Positions 1 to 8,658 of a DNA stretch of 64,000 nt are shown piece by piece. Source of the stretch: Verrucomicrobiota bacterium (GTDB taxonomy: Bacteria > Verrucomicrobiota > Lentisphaeria > JABSQK01 > JAJFLO01); assembly GCA_021772615.1 (NCBI GenBank), contig JAJFLQ010000134.1, positions 2,039-66,038 on the forward strand. Direction: 5' to 3'. The first letter of the stretch is position 1, and each line of letters starts with the position of its first letter. The translations under genes and the position numbers were made by a program. The notes under the pieces were generated by a model that did no database searches, was not told where the DNA came from, and saw only the letters and a program-made list of their open reading frames with translations.

Positions 1-590
1 TGGTCATGAACCATCGCGGGCCGATCCGTATCGGCGAACTGGTCAGGTCAAGTCCGGGTGCGATAGCCGGCTGTACGTTGCGAGCCCGGCGCGGTTCGAT
101 AGTCTCTGTAGTTGTCAATGATCCATCACAATTCATCACGACCGCGACGCTGACTGCTACAGCTGACATTCCGCCACTGGCAGACATACACTATTTCCTC
201 ACCAACGATGGCGGTGATGCCTGGTTTCGCATAGAGTCCGGCAAGGCATTCGACTTCCCGAAATCAGGTAGCCAACTGCGATGGCGTGCCGATATGTACG
301 CAGTGTCGCCGGCAACATCGCCCATCTTGCGGTCGATCATGATTACCGATGGCTCATCGCTACTGGACCGTCCTGAGAGCAGGAGAATCGGTATGCGCCT
401 CGTCCTCGTCATGGTTATCGTAATTGTCGCTGCGATAGCCTTCTCCGCCGGCTTTGGGACGAGACGCGCGATCCGAACGTTCGCAAGACACAGTTTGATT
501 GGAATGCCGATTGTGTCGCCCAAAATCAGTTGCCGACGATTCAGAAGCCGACTGATCAGCCGGAGATTGCGCTGCGCAGGTAGGGTGTGA
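1..590 (+). CDS. possible 3' end of a CDS entering from upstream (C-terminal hydrophobic segment); weak
   Basis: ORF 6..590 reads as plausible protein (..DGGDAWFRIESGKAFDFPKSG.. then TM-like MRLVLVMVIVIVAAIAFSAGF); no start context visible; overlaps next gene by 35 bp. Confidence 0.2.
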   Translation, partial: VMNHRGPIRIGELVRSSPGAIAGCTLRARRGSIVSVVVNDPSQFITTATLTATADIPPLADIHYFLTNDGGDAWFRIESGKAFDFPKSGSQLRWRADMYAVSPATSPILRSIMITDGSSLLDRPESRRIGMRLVLVMVIVIVAAIAFSAGFGTRRAIRTFARHSLIGMPIVSPKISCRRFRSRLISRRLRCAGRV

Positions 591-1299
591 TTTTTTCCCG
601 TACGGGCAATATTTTGAACAATCGCGAATCTGCGTATCTCTTGTGGGAACGTTGTGCCTCCCGAAGAACCTGGAGCCTCGCGGTCTTCGTCAATGCCGTG
701 TGCCGCCGCTGCTTCCATTCAAAGGTGTACGTCTCGAGATCGGCAAGGCTGCGTGCATCGATTCCAAATTCCTGCGCCACGGATATGATCAGCGGATTAT
801 GGCCTGTTCCTACAATCACTTCCTTCGAAATCGTGGACTGCAACAATTCCCAGGACCCGAATGCAGACGGCCCCACATGTACCTGCATCCCGAGGCGAGT
901 CCAGTCCATCGTTGTTCTGGAGCGGTCCGGCAAAGTTGGATCTAATATAACGCGCGTGAGGTAGGCCGGCGCCTGAATATCAAAATGGTGAATGACCAGG
1001 TCTATGCTGCTTTCTGTCATCGGCGGCGGCCCTTCCGGTAGCTGAGATATCACCGTCTCGTCGTGCCTGTCTTCGTCGGCTACCAGATCCGACACGGCAG
1101 GCTCACGAGCGAGAATGGCATCGTAGCCCCACGCAGTGTCGGAAGAATAACCCGATGTTTTTCGAAATTGATTTCGATCGTGATGGTGAATCGCGGAAAT
1201 GATGTCAACCAGCAGGTATGCTGCACAACCAGCGGATATCAGGACACCAAGGCATGAGAATATTCTAAAAACACTTCTCTCTGAAACGGTTATATTCAT
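556..1299 (-). CDS. putative histidine-phosphatase superfamily protein (SixA/PGM-like) with N-terminal signal/TM
   Basis: ORF 556..1329 trimmed to ATG at 1299 preceded by GGAAGAGGAG RBS; C-terminal VIVGTGHNPLIISVAQEF resembles the second His motif of the histidine phosphatase clade; N-terminal hydrophobic segment. Confidence 0.35.
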   Translation of the reverse strand: MNITVSERSVFRIFSCLGVLISAGCAAYLLVDIISAIHHHDRNQFRKTSGYSSDTAWGYDAILAREPAVSDLVADEDRHDETVISQLPEGPPPMTESSIDLVIHHFDIQAPAYLTRVILDPTLPDRSRTTMDWTRLGMQVHVGPSAFGSWELLQSTISKEVIVGTGHNPLIISVAQEFGIDARSLADLETYTFEWKQRRHTALTKTARLQVLREAQRSHKRYADSRLFKILPVREKITPYLRSAISG

Positions 1300-1729
1300 T
1301 TCAAATGCTCCTCTTCCAGTCCGGCACACCGCACGCGGCGTTGATTATTCAATTCCGAATTCACTTACCACCGTGTGTTGGAGCAAATCGGATGCCAAAC
1401 GATTTTGAAAGAAGAGCTATTCGAGAAGGGTAAGGGAGGGACGTCTTTCCCTTACCTACCAGGTTGTGAAACCAGAAGTCAGTCCTCATATGGGACTGGA
1501 CATATTGCGTAAGTCGCTATATTGCAATGCGCTAATCGAAATATCGACAGATATGAAGAGACAAAGATGGGCATTGCCGCTGACGGTGGCGACGTCGTCC
1601 GCGGCCATTCGTCAGGTTGCCGACGGCGGCGACGTCTTAAGGACGGATTGACGGCGGTTGTTATCTCGCAACACATCCTCTTCATTGCCGCGACCTCCGG
1701 CTCGGGTTTGCCAATAACCGGACAATGAA

Positions 1730-3415
1730 TTACGTAACCGTTGTGTCCGCAACCACGGTTCCTAATCCTGCCGACCGCCCGCACAGCGGCACTTTGATCG
1801 AAAATGTCGTGCCGACGCCGACGGTGCTGTCACAGGTGATCGTCCCGCCGAGTTTCTGCACGATCAGGTTGTAGATGATGTGCAGCCCCAAACCGCTGCC
1901 GCCGGATCCCCGGCGAGTAGTGAAGAACGGATCAAAGATACGTGACAGATTGGCCACTTCGATTCCCTTGCCGTTATCTGAAAACGTGATATGCAAGTCC
2001 GTGTCATCCGCAGTAGCGCGGATGGTAATGGTCCCGGGTTCAGCTTCGGGATCAAACGCATGAATCAATGCATTAAGCACCAGATTCGTAAAAATCTGCG
2101 AAAACACGCCGGGATAGCTATCGAGCTGAATATCCGTTTCGCACTCAATGACTACCGAGTGCGCCGTCTTCTTCAATTTCGGCCCAAGGCTGAGAATAAT
2201 TTCGTTGATGTATTCCCTGAGTTGGAAGGTCCGAATTTCTTCGCTGGACTGGTCGACTGCCACCTGCTTGAAACTCTGAATCAGCTCTGACGCCCGCTCA
2301 AGATTGGTCAATATCATTTGACTGCTCTGGATGCTGGTTTCAACAAACTCCTCGAGATCGGACTTTTTCATCTTTTGCTGGCGAAACAGGTCGCGGAAGT
2401 CCTCGGCATCGCCGGCCAGCACGGACGCAGCCGTAACGCCGACGCCGACGGGCGTGTTTATTTCATGGGCGATCCCGGCAACAAGTCCGCCGAGCGATGC
2501 CATTTTTTCTGCCTCGACAAGTTGTTTCTGCGTCGTTTTCAAATTGTCCAACGCCTCCGAGAGTTCCCGGGTTCGTTCCTCGACCTTCTGCTCAAGGTTT
2601 TGACTGTAATCCTTCAATTTCTTGGACATGTCGATAAATGCAGAGGCAAGAACGCCGACCTCGTTTCGGTCATGGATCTCCAGATGCTCGGCCGCCGCAA
2701 AATTTCCGCCGGCCAGCTCATCCGCGGACTCGGTCAGCTTTATCAGAGGGCTGGATAGTCGGGTGGAAACATAAAGAACGATTCCGGCGCCGATCATGAT
2801 AAATATGATCGATGTGATTGTGGAATTGAGAATCATCCCTCGTATCTGGGTCCGGATGTCGCCGCGTGACGTGATGATTTCCTGATTTAGGGCATCCAAA
2901 GAAAAACCGAGTCGCAGACATCCCCAGCGGCGTATGCCGACGGTTATGGGCCGGATAAATTCCAGGTAGGCAATGTTTTCTCCGGTGTACTCGTTGACGA
3001 CCGGTTTTGTCTGTGCGGCAGCAAAGTCATCCTCTGCTGCCGTCAGGCGCTCGCGGGTTAGGTCGGGTTGTAGGGTGTGAATAAACGCGACATGCTCCGC
3101 ATCCATGATAATGCCGTAGGAAAGGTCACGATTGTCCCTTACCGCGTCATGAACGGCTTCGGTCAGGTTGGAAAAATTCAGGGCCGCGATGTCGTTTTCC
3201 GCCTGCCCTCCCAGATTCTCGGCCAAAGTGGTGCCGCGTTCGACCAGAATTTCCTTCATCAAACCGATCCGGCGCTCAAGATCTGTTTCCATAAGGCGCT
3301 TCTGGGCGGTGATCTGCAATGTGGTGAGAGTGGCCAGCAGGCACACGATCAGGCCAATCATGGTCGTGAGTAAACTTCGACGTATACCGTGCTTTACCTG
3401 AGCCGGCCGAATCAT
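1730..3415 (-). CDS. sensor histidine kinase (TM - periplasmic sensor - TM - HAMP - HisKA - HATPase_c)
   Basis: H-box VAGIAHEINTPVGV; G-boxes DNGKGI.. and GSGLGLHIIYNLIVQKLGGTI; two hydrophobic segments flanking a ~170-aa extracytoplasmic domain. Confidence 0.85.
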   Translation of the reverse strand: MIRPAQVKHGIRRSLLTTMIGLIVCLLATLTTLQITAQKRLMETDLERRIGLMKEILVERGTTLAENLGGQAENDIAALNFSNLTEAVHDAVRDNRDLSYGIIMDAEHVAFIHTLQPDLTRERLTAAEDDFAAAQTKPVVNEYTGENIAYLEFIRPITVGIRRWGCLRLGFSLDALNQEIITSRGDIRTQIRGMILNSTITSIIFIMIGAGIVLYVSTRLSSPLIKLTESADELAGGNFAAAEHLEIHDRNEVGVLASAFIDMSKKLKDYSQNLEQKVEERTRELSEALDNLKTTQKQLVEAEKMASLGGLVAGIAHEINTPVGVGVTAASVLAGDAEDFRDLFRQQKMKKSDLEEFVETSIQSSQMILTNLERASELIQSFKQVAVDQSSEEIRTFQLREYINEIILSLGPKLKKTAHSVVIECETDIQLDSYPGVFSQIFTNLVLNALIHAFDPEAEPGTITIRATADDTDLHITFSDNGKGIEVANLSRIFDPFFTTRRGSGGSGLGLHIIYNLIVQKLGGTITCDSTVGVGTTFSIKVPLCGRSAGLGTVVADTTVT

Positions 3416-3440
3416 AGTGTGTTACCTTCCCGCAGCGGGG

Positions 3441-4373
3441 TTATTCGATAATACGATTCACGGAACCAAGGGCACTGAAATTGATCTTCACGTCGTACGC
3501 TTCGACCTTACGCAGATTCACGGTAATTTCGGTCCCGACAGGGTCCTGAAATCCGGGCGTGGAGGCTTTGTTATTGATAAGATCGTTCACCAGGCCGGCC
3601 GCCTGGCGACCGATCGTAGGAATGTCCGCCGAGACCACCAACATCGCGCCAAGTTCGGCGTAGATCGGATCGTGGGCGAAGACCGGTAACCTCGCCGCAT
3701 CGGCTTTCGAGTAAATATGCAGGATCTGTTCCTTAGAGGAAAACACCACCGGGTCCGGCGTCAACCAAAGTGCATCCACCCGACCTGGCAGGGACTCAAG
3801 TGCCTTGTGGACGTCCTTGACGCGTGCGACGTCGAAACCGACAATCTCAAGATCACGGTCACGTCCGTTTGCAACCGCGACATCCAGCCACTCCTTGTTA
3901 TATTGTTTGCTGTAGATCACGCCGATTCGCCGAACGTCTGGAAACAGATAACGCACCATCGTGAGCTGAAGACTGGCCGGAACCTCGTTGGCGATTCCGT
4001 GGGTTCTCCCGGATAGCGGAAACCGTTTCCAGTTGATCACCGATGAAACCACCAGATACCGCCCGCTCGGAGTCGACGCGGCCAACTGGTATGCCGTCGA
4101 TCCAATGCAGTAGAGCGCCCGAGGATTCGCGGATGTGATCTCCCGCGCCAGTCTGGCGGAGTCGACTCGATCAGCCTCAATGTCCAGGAGCACCAGGGGA
4201 CGCCGTATTTCGTTCACGAACGCTTCTTGTGCCTTCGTGTACTTACCGATAGCGGCATTGGTGTTCATGACGAGGACGCCGTCCGCCCTTGCCGTACCGT
4301 CGCCGACAGCGAGAAGCGTCGTAACGGCAAGAAGGAACACCGTGCTCTCAATGGTTTTCATGAAACAGGTCAT
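3441..4373 (-). CDS. periplasmic substrate-binding protein (ABC_sub_bind/COG2984-like), often partnered with sensor kinases
   Basis: signal peptide MKTIESTVFLLAVTTLLAVGDGTARA; overall fold-family resemblance; 4-bp overlap with the upstream gene. Confidence 0.5.
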   Translation of the reverse strand: MTCFMKTIESTVFLLAVTTLLAVGDGTARADGVLVMNTNAAIGKYTKAQEAFVNEIRRPLVLLDIEADRVDSARLAREITSANPRALYCIGSTAYQLAASTPSGRYLVVSSVINWKRFPLSGRTHGIANEVPASLQLTMVRYLFPDVRRIGVIYSKQYNKEWLDVAVANGRDRDLEIVGFDVARVKDVHKALESLPGRVDALWLTPDPVVFSSKEQILHIYSKADAARLPVFAHDPIYAELGAMLVVSADIPTIGRQAAGLVNDLINNKASTPGFQDPVGTEITVNLRKVEAYDVKINFSALGSVNRIIE

Positions 4374-5179
4374 GGCGCCAAAAGCCCATTTTCGAGGTCG
4401 CCTATTTTTTTCATGCTCTCCAGATTGATCATGCTCAATCGACGCTTTCCGGCCAATTTGTCGCCCATTTTTTCGACCACGTCCACCAGCTGTCTGGCAT
4501 TGTCGTCGGCCGGTTCAAACACGGCGACAATGGGAAGCAGGATTTCCTCACTGGCGCCCAGGACATGGAGCACGCGATAATCCTTGGGGCTGACAACCGC
4601 AAGCGTTTCAAAATTCGATTCGGTGGTCAGGGCAAATTTCACGACGCCAAATCCTATGGCCATCAATCCATCGATATCTTTGGGGACTTTGAGAATTTCA
4701 ACGGAATCGACGATGTCCTGCTGCGCCGCTCCGAGGATCTGCGCCAACATTTCGCGCGTATATTCTTCACTTCCGGCCGACGCGAGCTTCTGGTTCATCA
4801 GCGATGCCGCCGATGTAATGGATTTTTCGGCACACAGGATTCTCCGCTGTGTCGTGCGGCCCTGTACCGTGCCGACCAATACCGGTTCCAGAGCGAAATT
4901 ACTCTGAAGCTGCCGGTAGTGCCAACTGGAGATCAGCAATAACCCGGGAGGCCTCTTCAATAAAAACGTCTCGAAATTCTGGCGATCACTGAACGGTTGG
5001 AATTCGTACGCGCCAAATGTCGAAAGATAGCTATCCAATTCCCCCTTGAGTGAACTGAAATTATTAATGCTGGTTTCCGTGTTGTAGAAAAAAATGGTAT
5101 ACGGCGCCGCGGCGGCCGGCGATGCCGCCAACGCCATAATCACCAGCAGTGGTGCAGTTATTGTTCGGAAATATGCCAT
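4370..5179 (-). CDS. periplasmic PhnD/SsuA-like substrate-binding protein (putative)
   Basis: ORF 4370..5308 trimmed to MAYFRTITAPLLVIMALAASPAAAA signal peptide; periplasmic binding-protein-like composition. Confidence 0.4.
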   Translation of the reverse strand: MAYFRTITAPLLVIMALAASPAAAAPYTIFFYNTETSINNFSSLKGELDSYLSTFGAYEFQPFSDRQNFETFLLKRPPGLLLISSWHYRQLQSNFALEPVLVGTVQGRTTQRRILCAEKSITSAASLMNQKLASAGSEEYTREMLAQILGAAQQDIVDSVEILKVPKDIDGLMAIGFGVVKFALTTESNFETLAVVSPKDYRVLHVLGASEEILLPIVAVFEPADDNARQLVDVVEKMGDKLAGKRRLSMINLESMKKIGDLENGLLAP

Positions 5180-5376
5180 TCGACGACCGTGTTTTCTGAT
5201 TGCGCCACGTTTTTCGGGACCGGATGATATCCGTCGTAACAGTATCGAATCTTCGGTTTTTAACAAATGGAAATCCGGCCTCAATCGTAATTGTTTTTGC
5301 CGCCGCAACTTGTAGGTGACTCTCTGGTGCGATTTATTACGGTATTTGCAATCCCAACATTCTTCGACGGAGACCT

Positions 5377-7560
5377 ATGATGACTGGTAGCGAGAAAATC
5401 CTTTTCCGCGGCGGTTCGATTTTTTTACTAGTCGCCATAAGCTGTCAAATGGCGCTGGCAGAAGAGTCGACGCCGCCGGAACCGAGCGGCATATTGGACT
5501 CACTGGATGACGACATCGAATGGATTCAGGCCGAGGCCGTAATCTTCAGCGCGTCGAAGAAGGAAGAAAAGCTCTTCACAACTTCGGCGGCGGCCTATGT
5601 CGTCACCTCCGAAGACATCCGGCGGTCCGGCGTGACCAGTATTCCCGACGCACTACGGATGGTGCCCGGCGTGAACGTTGCCCAGATAGATGCCAGTAAA
5701 TGGGCCGTGTCCATCCGCGGATTTAACGACCGCTTTGCCAACAAGCTCCTGGTTCTGATCGACGGCAGAAGCATCTATACGCCGGCCTTCAGCGGGGTGT
5801 ACTGGGAAATTCACGATGTCATTCTGGAGGATGTAGACCGAATTGAAGTGATCCGCGGTCCCGGAGCGACGCTGTGGGGCGCCAATGCCGTCAACGGTGT
5901 CATAAACATCATTACCAGGAAAACCGGTACGACACAGGGAGTGTTTGTCGAAGCCGGCGGCGGAAATCAGCAACAGGGATTCGGAAGTTTCCGGTACGGC
6001 GGCAAACTCGGCGATAACGCGACGTATCGCCTTTATGGTAAGTACGTCGACCGGGATAGCAACCACGACGATTCCGTCGTCGATACAGAAGACGACTGGC
6101 GTCTGGCTATGGGTGGATTCAGGATGGATTGGGACATAACCAGCGAGGACCGGCTGATGCTGCAGGCCGGCATGAACACTGTCACAGCCGGCACGTCGCA
6201 GAACCAGGTGAATTTGGCGGTGAACAGCTTCGCATCCAGCCTCACCAAGCCGTTGGAGATCACCACAAACGATGATTTCGAATTCGATACTTTTCATACA
6301 CTGGCCCGATGGGAACACCAGATCGCCGAAAACGAGAGTTTCAGTCTGCAACTATTCTACGATCGCTACGTGCGGCACGATGCGTTGCAGCAATTCCAGG
6401 AAACCATCGACACCATAGATCTGGAGTTTCAACACAACTTTCCACTTCTCGATGTCCATGAAATCACCTGGGGCGCCGGCTACCGGACGGTTTTCAGCGA
6501 TGTCGACAACTCGGCCTTCCTCAATACGACCGATCCGGAGCGAAACGTCGACTTGGTGAATGCGTTTGTCCAGGACCGTTTTACACTGATTCCGGATCGC
6601 CTGTTTCTCACCGCCGGTTCCAAGTTCGAGTATAACGATTTTACCGGGTTCGAAATGCAGCCGGGCATCCGACTTGCATGGACGCCTGGTCCGAAACACA
6701 CGGCATGGGCGTCGGTAACACGAGCCGTTCGCACGCCGTCCCTGCTGGATGACGGCCTCACCGTAGTATCGTCGCTCGATCGCTTTCAGGTGATGGCTCC
6801 GGTGCCCGACCCGTCCGCGCCGCAGAATACCGTTCTCGGGACCGTTCAAGGGATCAATACCACGATTCTCCTCGGCAATGATGATTTTGAAAGTGAGGAG
6901 TTGGTCGCCTACGAAGTAGGCTATCGGCATCAGTTCAACGAGGCGTTGACCGTTGATGTCGCAGCATTCTATAACGATTATTCAGATTTGCGCACCGCCG
7001 ACATCATCCAGGGGGCTCCGACGCTGACCGGCGTTGCCGGCATAAATCCGGTTGTTTACGATGCCATGGCGCAAACGACGATACTATTTAACAATGACAT
7101 GACGGGCGAAACCTACGGCGCCGAGGTTGCGGCGAACTGGCAGGTCACGGATATCTGGCGTTTGGCGGCGACCTATTCCTACGTCGAGATTCAGCTCCAC
7201 AACCGTGCCCAAAGTCCTAACGGCATTATCGAGACCGATGAAGGTCGGACACCTGAAAATCAGGCCAGCCTGCGGTCCCATCTTGACCTGCCGTGGAATC
7301 TCGAATTCGATACCGGGCTGTACTACGCCGACACCATAATCGGCGGCGCGGCAGGCAGGCTTGAACCTGGACCAGGCGTACCTGCGTACCTGCGGCTCGA
7401 TGCAAGAATCGGCTGGCGACCGCGTGAGAATCTGGAATTCAGCGTCGTGGCCCAGAATCTCGGCGACAATCAGCACCGCGAATTCAGCAGTACCCCTGAC
7501 AACGTCAATTCTTCGGAAGTAAAGCGTAGCGTGTACGCGGTTGTCCAGTGCCGGTTCTAA
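5377..7560 (+). CDS. TonB-dependent outer-membrane receptor
   Basis: signal peptide; plug-domain motifs (DIRRSGVTSIPDALRMVPGVNV, IEVIRGPGATLWGANAVNGVINIIT); beta-barrel-like C-terminus ending in aromatic ..VVQCRF. Confidence 0.85.
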   Translation: MMTGSEKILFRGGSIFLLVAISCQMALAEESTPPEPSGILDSLDDDIEWIQAEAVIFSASKKEEKLFTTSAAAYVVTSEDIRRSGVTSIPDALRMVPGVNVAQIDASKWAVSIRGFNDRFANKLLVLIDGRSIYTPAFSGVYWEIHDVILEDVDRIEVIRGPGATLWGANAVNGVINIITRKTGTTQGVFVEAGGGNQQQGFGSFRYGGKLGDNATYRLYGKYVDRDSNHDDSVVDTEDDWRLAMGGFRMDWDITSEDRLMLQAGMNTVTAGTSQNQVNLAVNSFASSLTKPLEITTNDDFEFDTFHTLARWEHQIAENESFSLQLFYDRYVRHDALQQFQETIDTIDLEFQHNFPLLDVHEITWGAGYRTVFSDVDNSAFLNTTDPERNVDLVNAFVQDRFTLIPDRLFLTAGSKFEYNDFTGFEMQPGIRLAWTPGPKHTAWASVTRAVRTPSLLDDGLTVVSSLDRFQVMAPVPDPSAPQNTVLGTVQGINTTILLGNDDFESEELVAYEVGYRHQFNEALTVDVAAFYNDYSDLRTADIIQGAPTLTGVAGINPVVYDAMAQTTILFNNDMTGETYGAEVAANWQVTDIWRLAATYSYVEIQLHNRAQSPNGIIETDEGRTPENQASLRSHLDLPWNLEFDTGLYYADTIIGGAAGRLEPGPGVPAYLRLDARIGWRPRENLEFSVVAQNLGDNQHREFSSTPDNVNSSEVKRSVYAVVQCRF

Positions 7561-7613
7561 CAGGATTCGGACCTTCGGCCGGCCACCATAGACGTTGTCC
7601 GATCGAACCGCTG

Positions 7614-8615
7614 TCAGCCGTTGATGAGATGGGCGTTCTCAAACGCCAATTGCACATTACGGCAAAACAGATCGATCAATTCCTTCTCGTTGTCCCGTAA
7701 CTTACTGCCGCCCTCCAGATATATCAGATTCTCACACGCGTCGTTTGCACGGATAAAAATTACCATGTAATCGTCAGTGTAAAGATTTGTCCGGGAGGAT
7801 ACTGCCCGCTTCAGGCTCTCCTGTACACGTGCAGGCACGACATCGAAGACATTCTGTTGAATCTTGTTTTGGTAGATGCCGGTGCCCGCCAGAATCGAAA
7901 AATCACCGCCGGCAACCTGGGTGACAAAACCGGTGGCCTGACAATACAGCGAGTTTTCCCCAAGATTCAGGAGCGATACCATCTGCGTCAACACGCCGTT
8001 AATAAAATTCTCCAGAGACTGGACCTTGAACAGCGAGAACGACGATTCCACAATCTGACGCAAGCCGATACGACTTTGTTCGATGGATGCAATGTGTTTG
8101 TATGCACGCAACGACGCCACGACAGTGGTAAACAGCCGCTGCTTGGTCAGCTCGGTCTTGGCCTTGTAGTCGTTGATATCATAATCGACGATGACTTTTT
8201 CTTCCGGAGCCTGCCCCGGTTGGCCGGTCCTTAGAATGATCTGAATACTTCGGTTCTGCAGTTCTTCTCGTATGTATTTTGCCAGCTGCAGACCAGCATC
8301 CTCTTCTTCCATGACGACGTCCAGGAGCACCAACGCGGTATCCGAATTTTCAGCGACACATTTCCTGCCCTCGGCGCCGGAGTACGCATGGATAAACGCA
8401 ATGGACTTGTCCTGATACGTGAACTTTCGCAGCGCCAGTTCCGTCACATTGTGAATTTCTTTCTCATCGTCAACGATGAGCACCTTCCAGTGACTCTGCA
8501 GCGCCTTGTCTTCCGCGGACGGTGCGTCTTCAAAAAACAGCAATTCATCGTTGAGGTCCTGGTCATCCGGAGTCACAGTCGGCCTCCTGCAGGTCCGCCC
8601 TGTGTCCCCATGCAT
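7614..8615 (-). CDS. response regulator: REC domain + DUF3369-like C-terminal domain, no recognizable output domain
   Basis: KVLIVDDEKEIH..LLDVVM..ILRTGQPG (REC) then DYDINDYKAKTELTKQ (DUF3369-like); ORF 7614..8726 trimmed to an internal Met so it does not overlap the upstream paralog. Confidence 0.65.
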   Translation of the reverse strand: MHGDTGRTCRRPTVTPDDQDLNDELLFFEDAPSAEDKALQSHWKVLIVDDEKEIHNVTELALRKFTYQDKSIAFIHAYSGAEGRKCVAENSDTALVLLDVVMEEEDAGLQLAKYIREELQNRSIQIILRTGQPGQAPEEKVIVDYDINDYKAKTELTKQRLFTTVVASLRAYKHIASIEQSRIGLRQIVESSFSLFKVQSLENFINGVLTQMVSLLNLGENSLYCQATGFVTQVAGGDFSILAGTGIYQNKIQQNVFDVVPARVQESLKRAVSSRTNLYTDDYMVIFIRANDACENLIYLEGGSKLRDNEKELIDLFCRNVQLAFENAHLING

Positions 8616-8658
8616 CCTGCTATCATAAGTGGCCTTTGTGATGTGCCGTTGACTTCCA

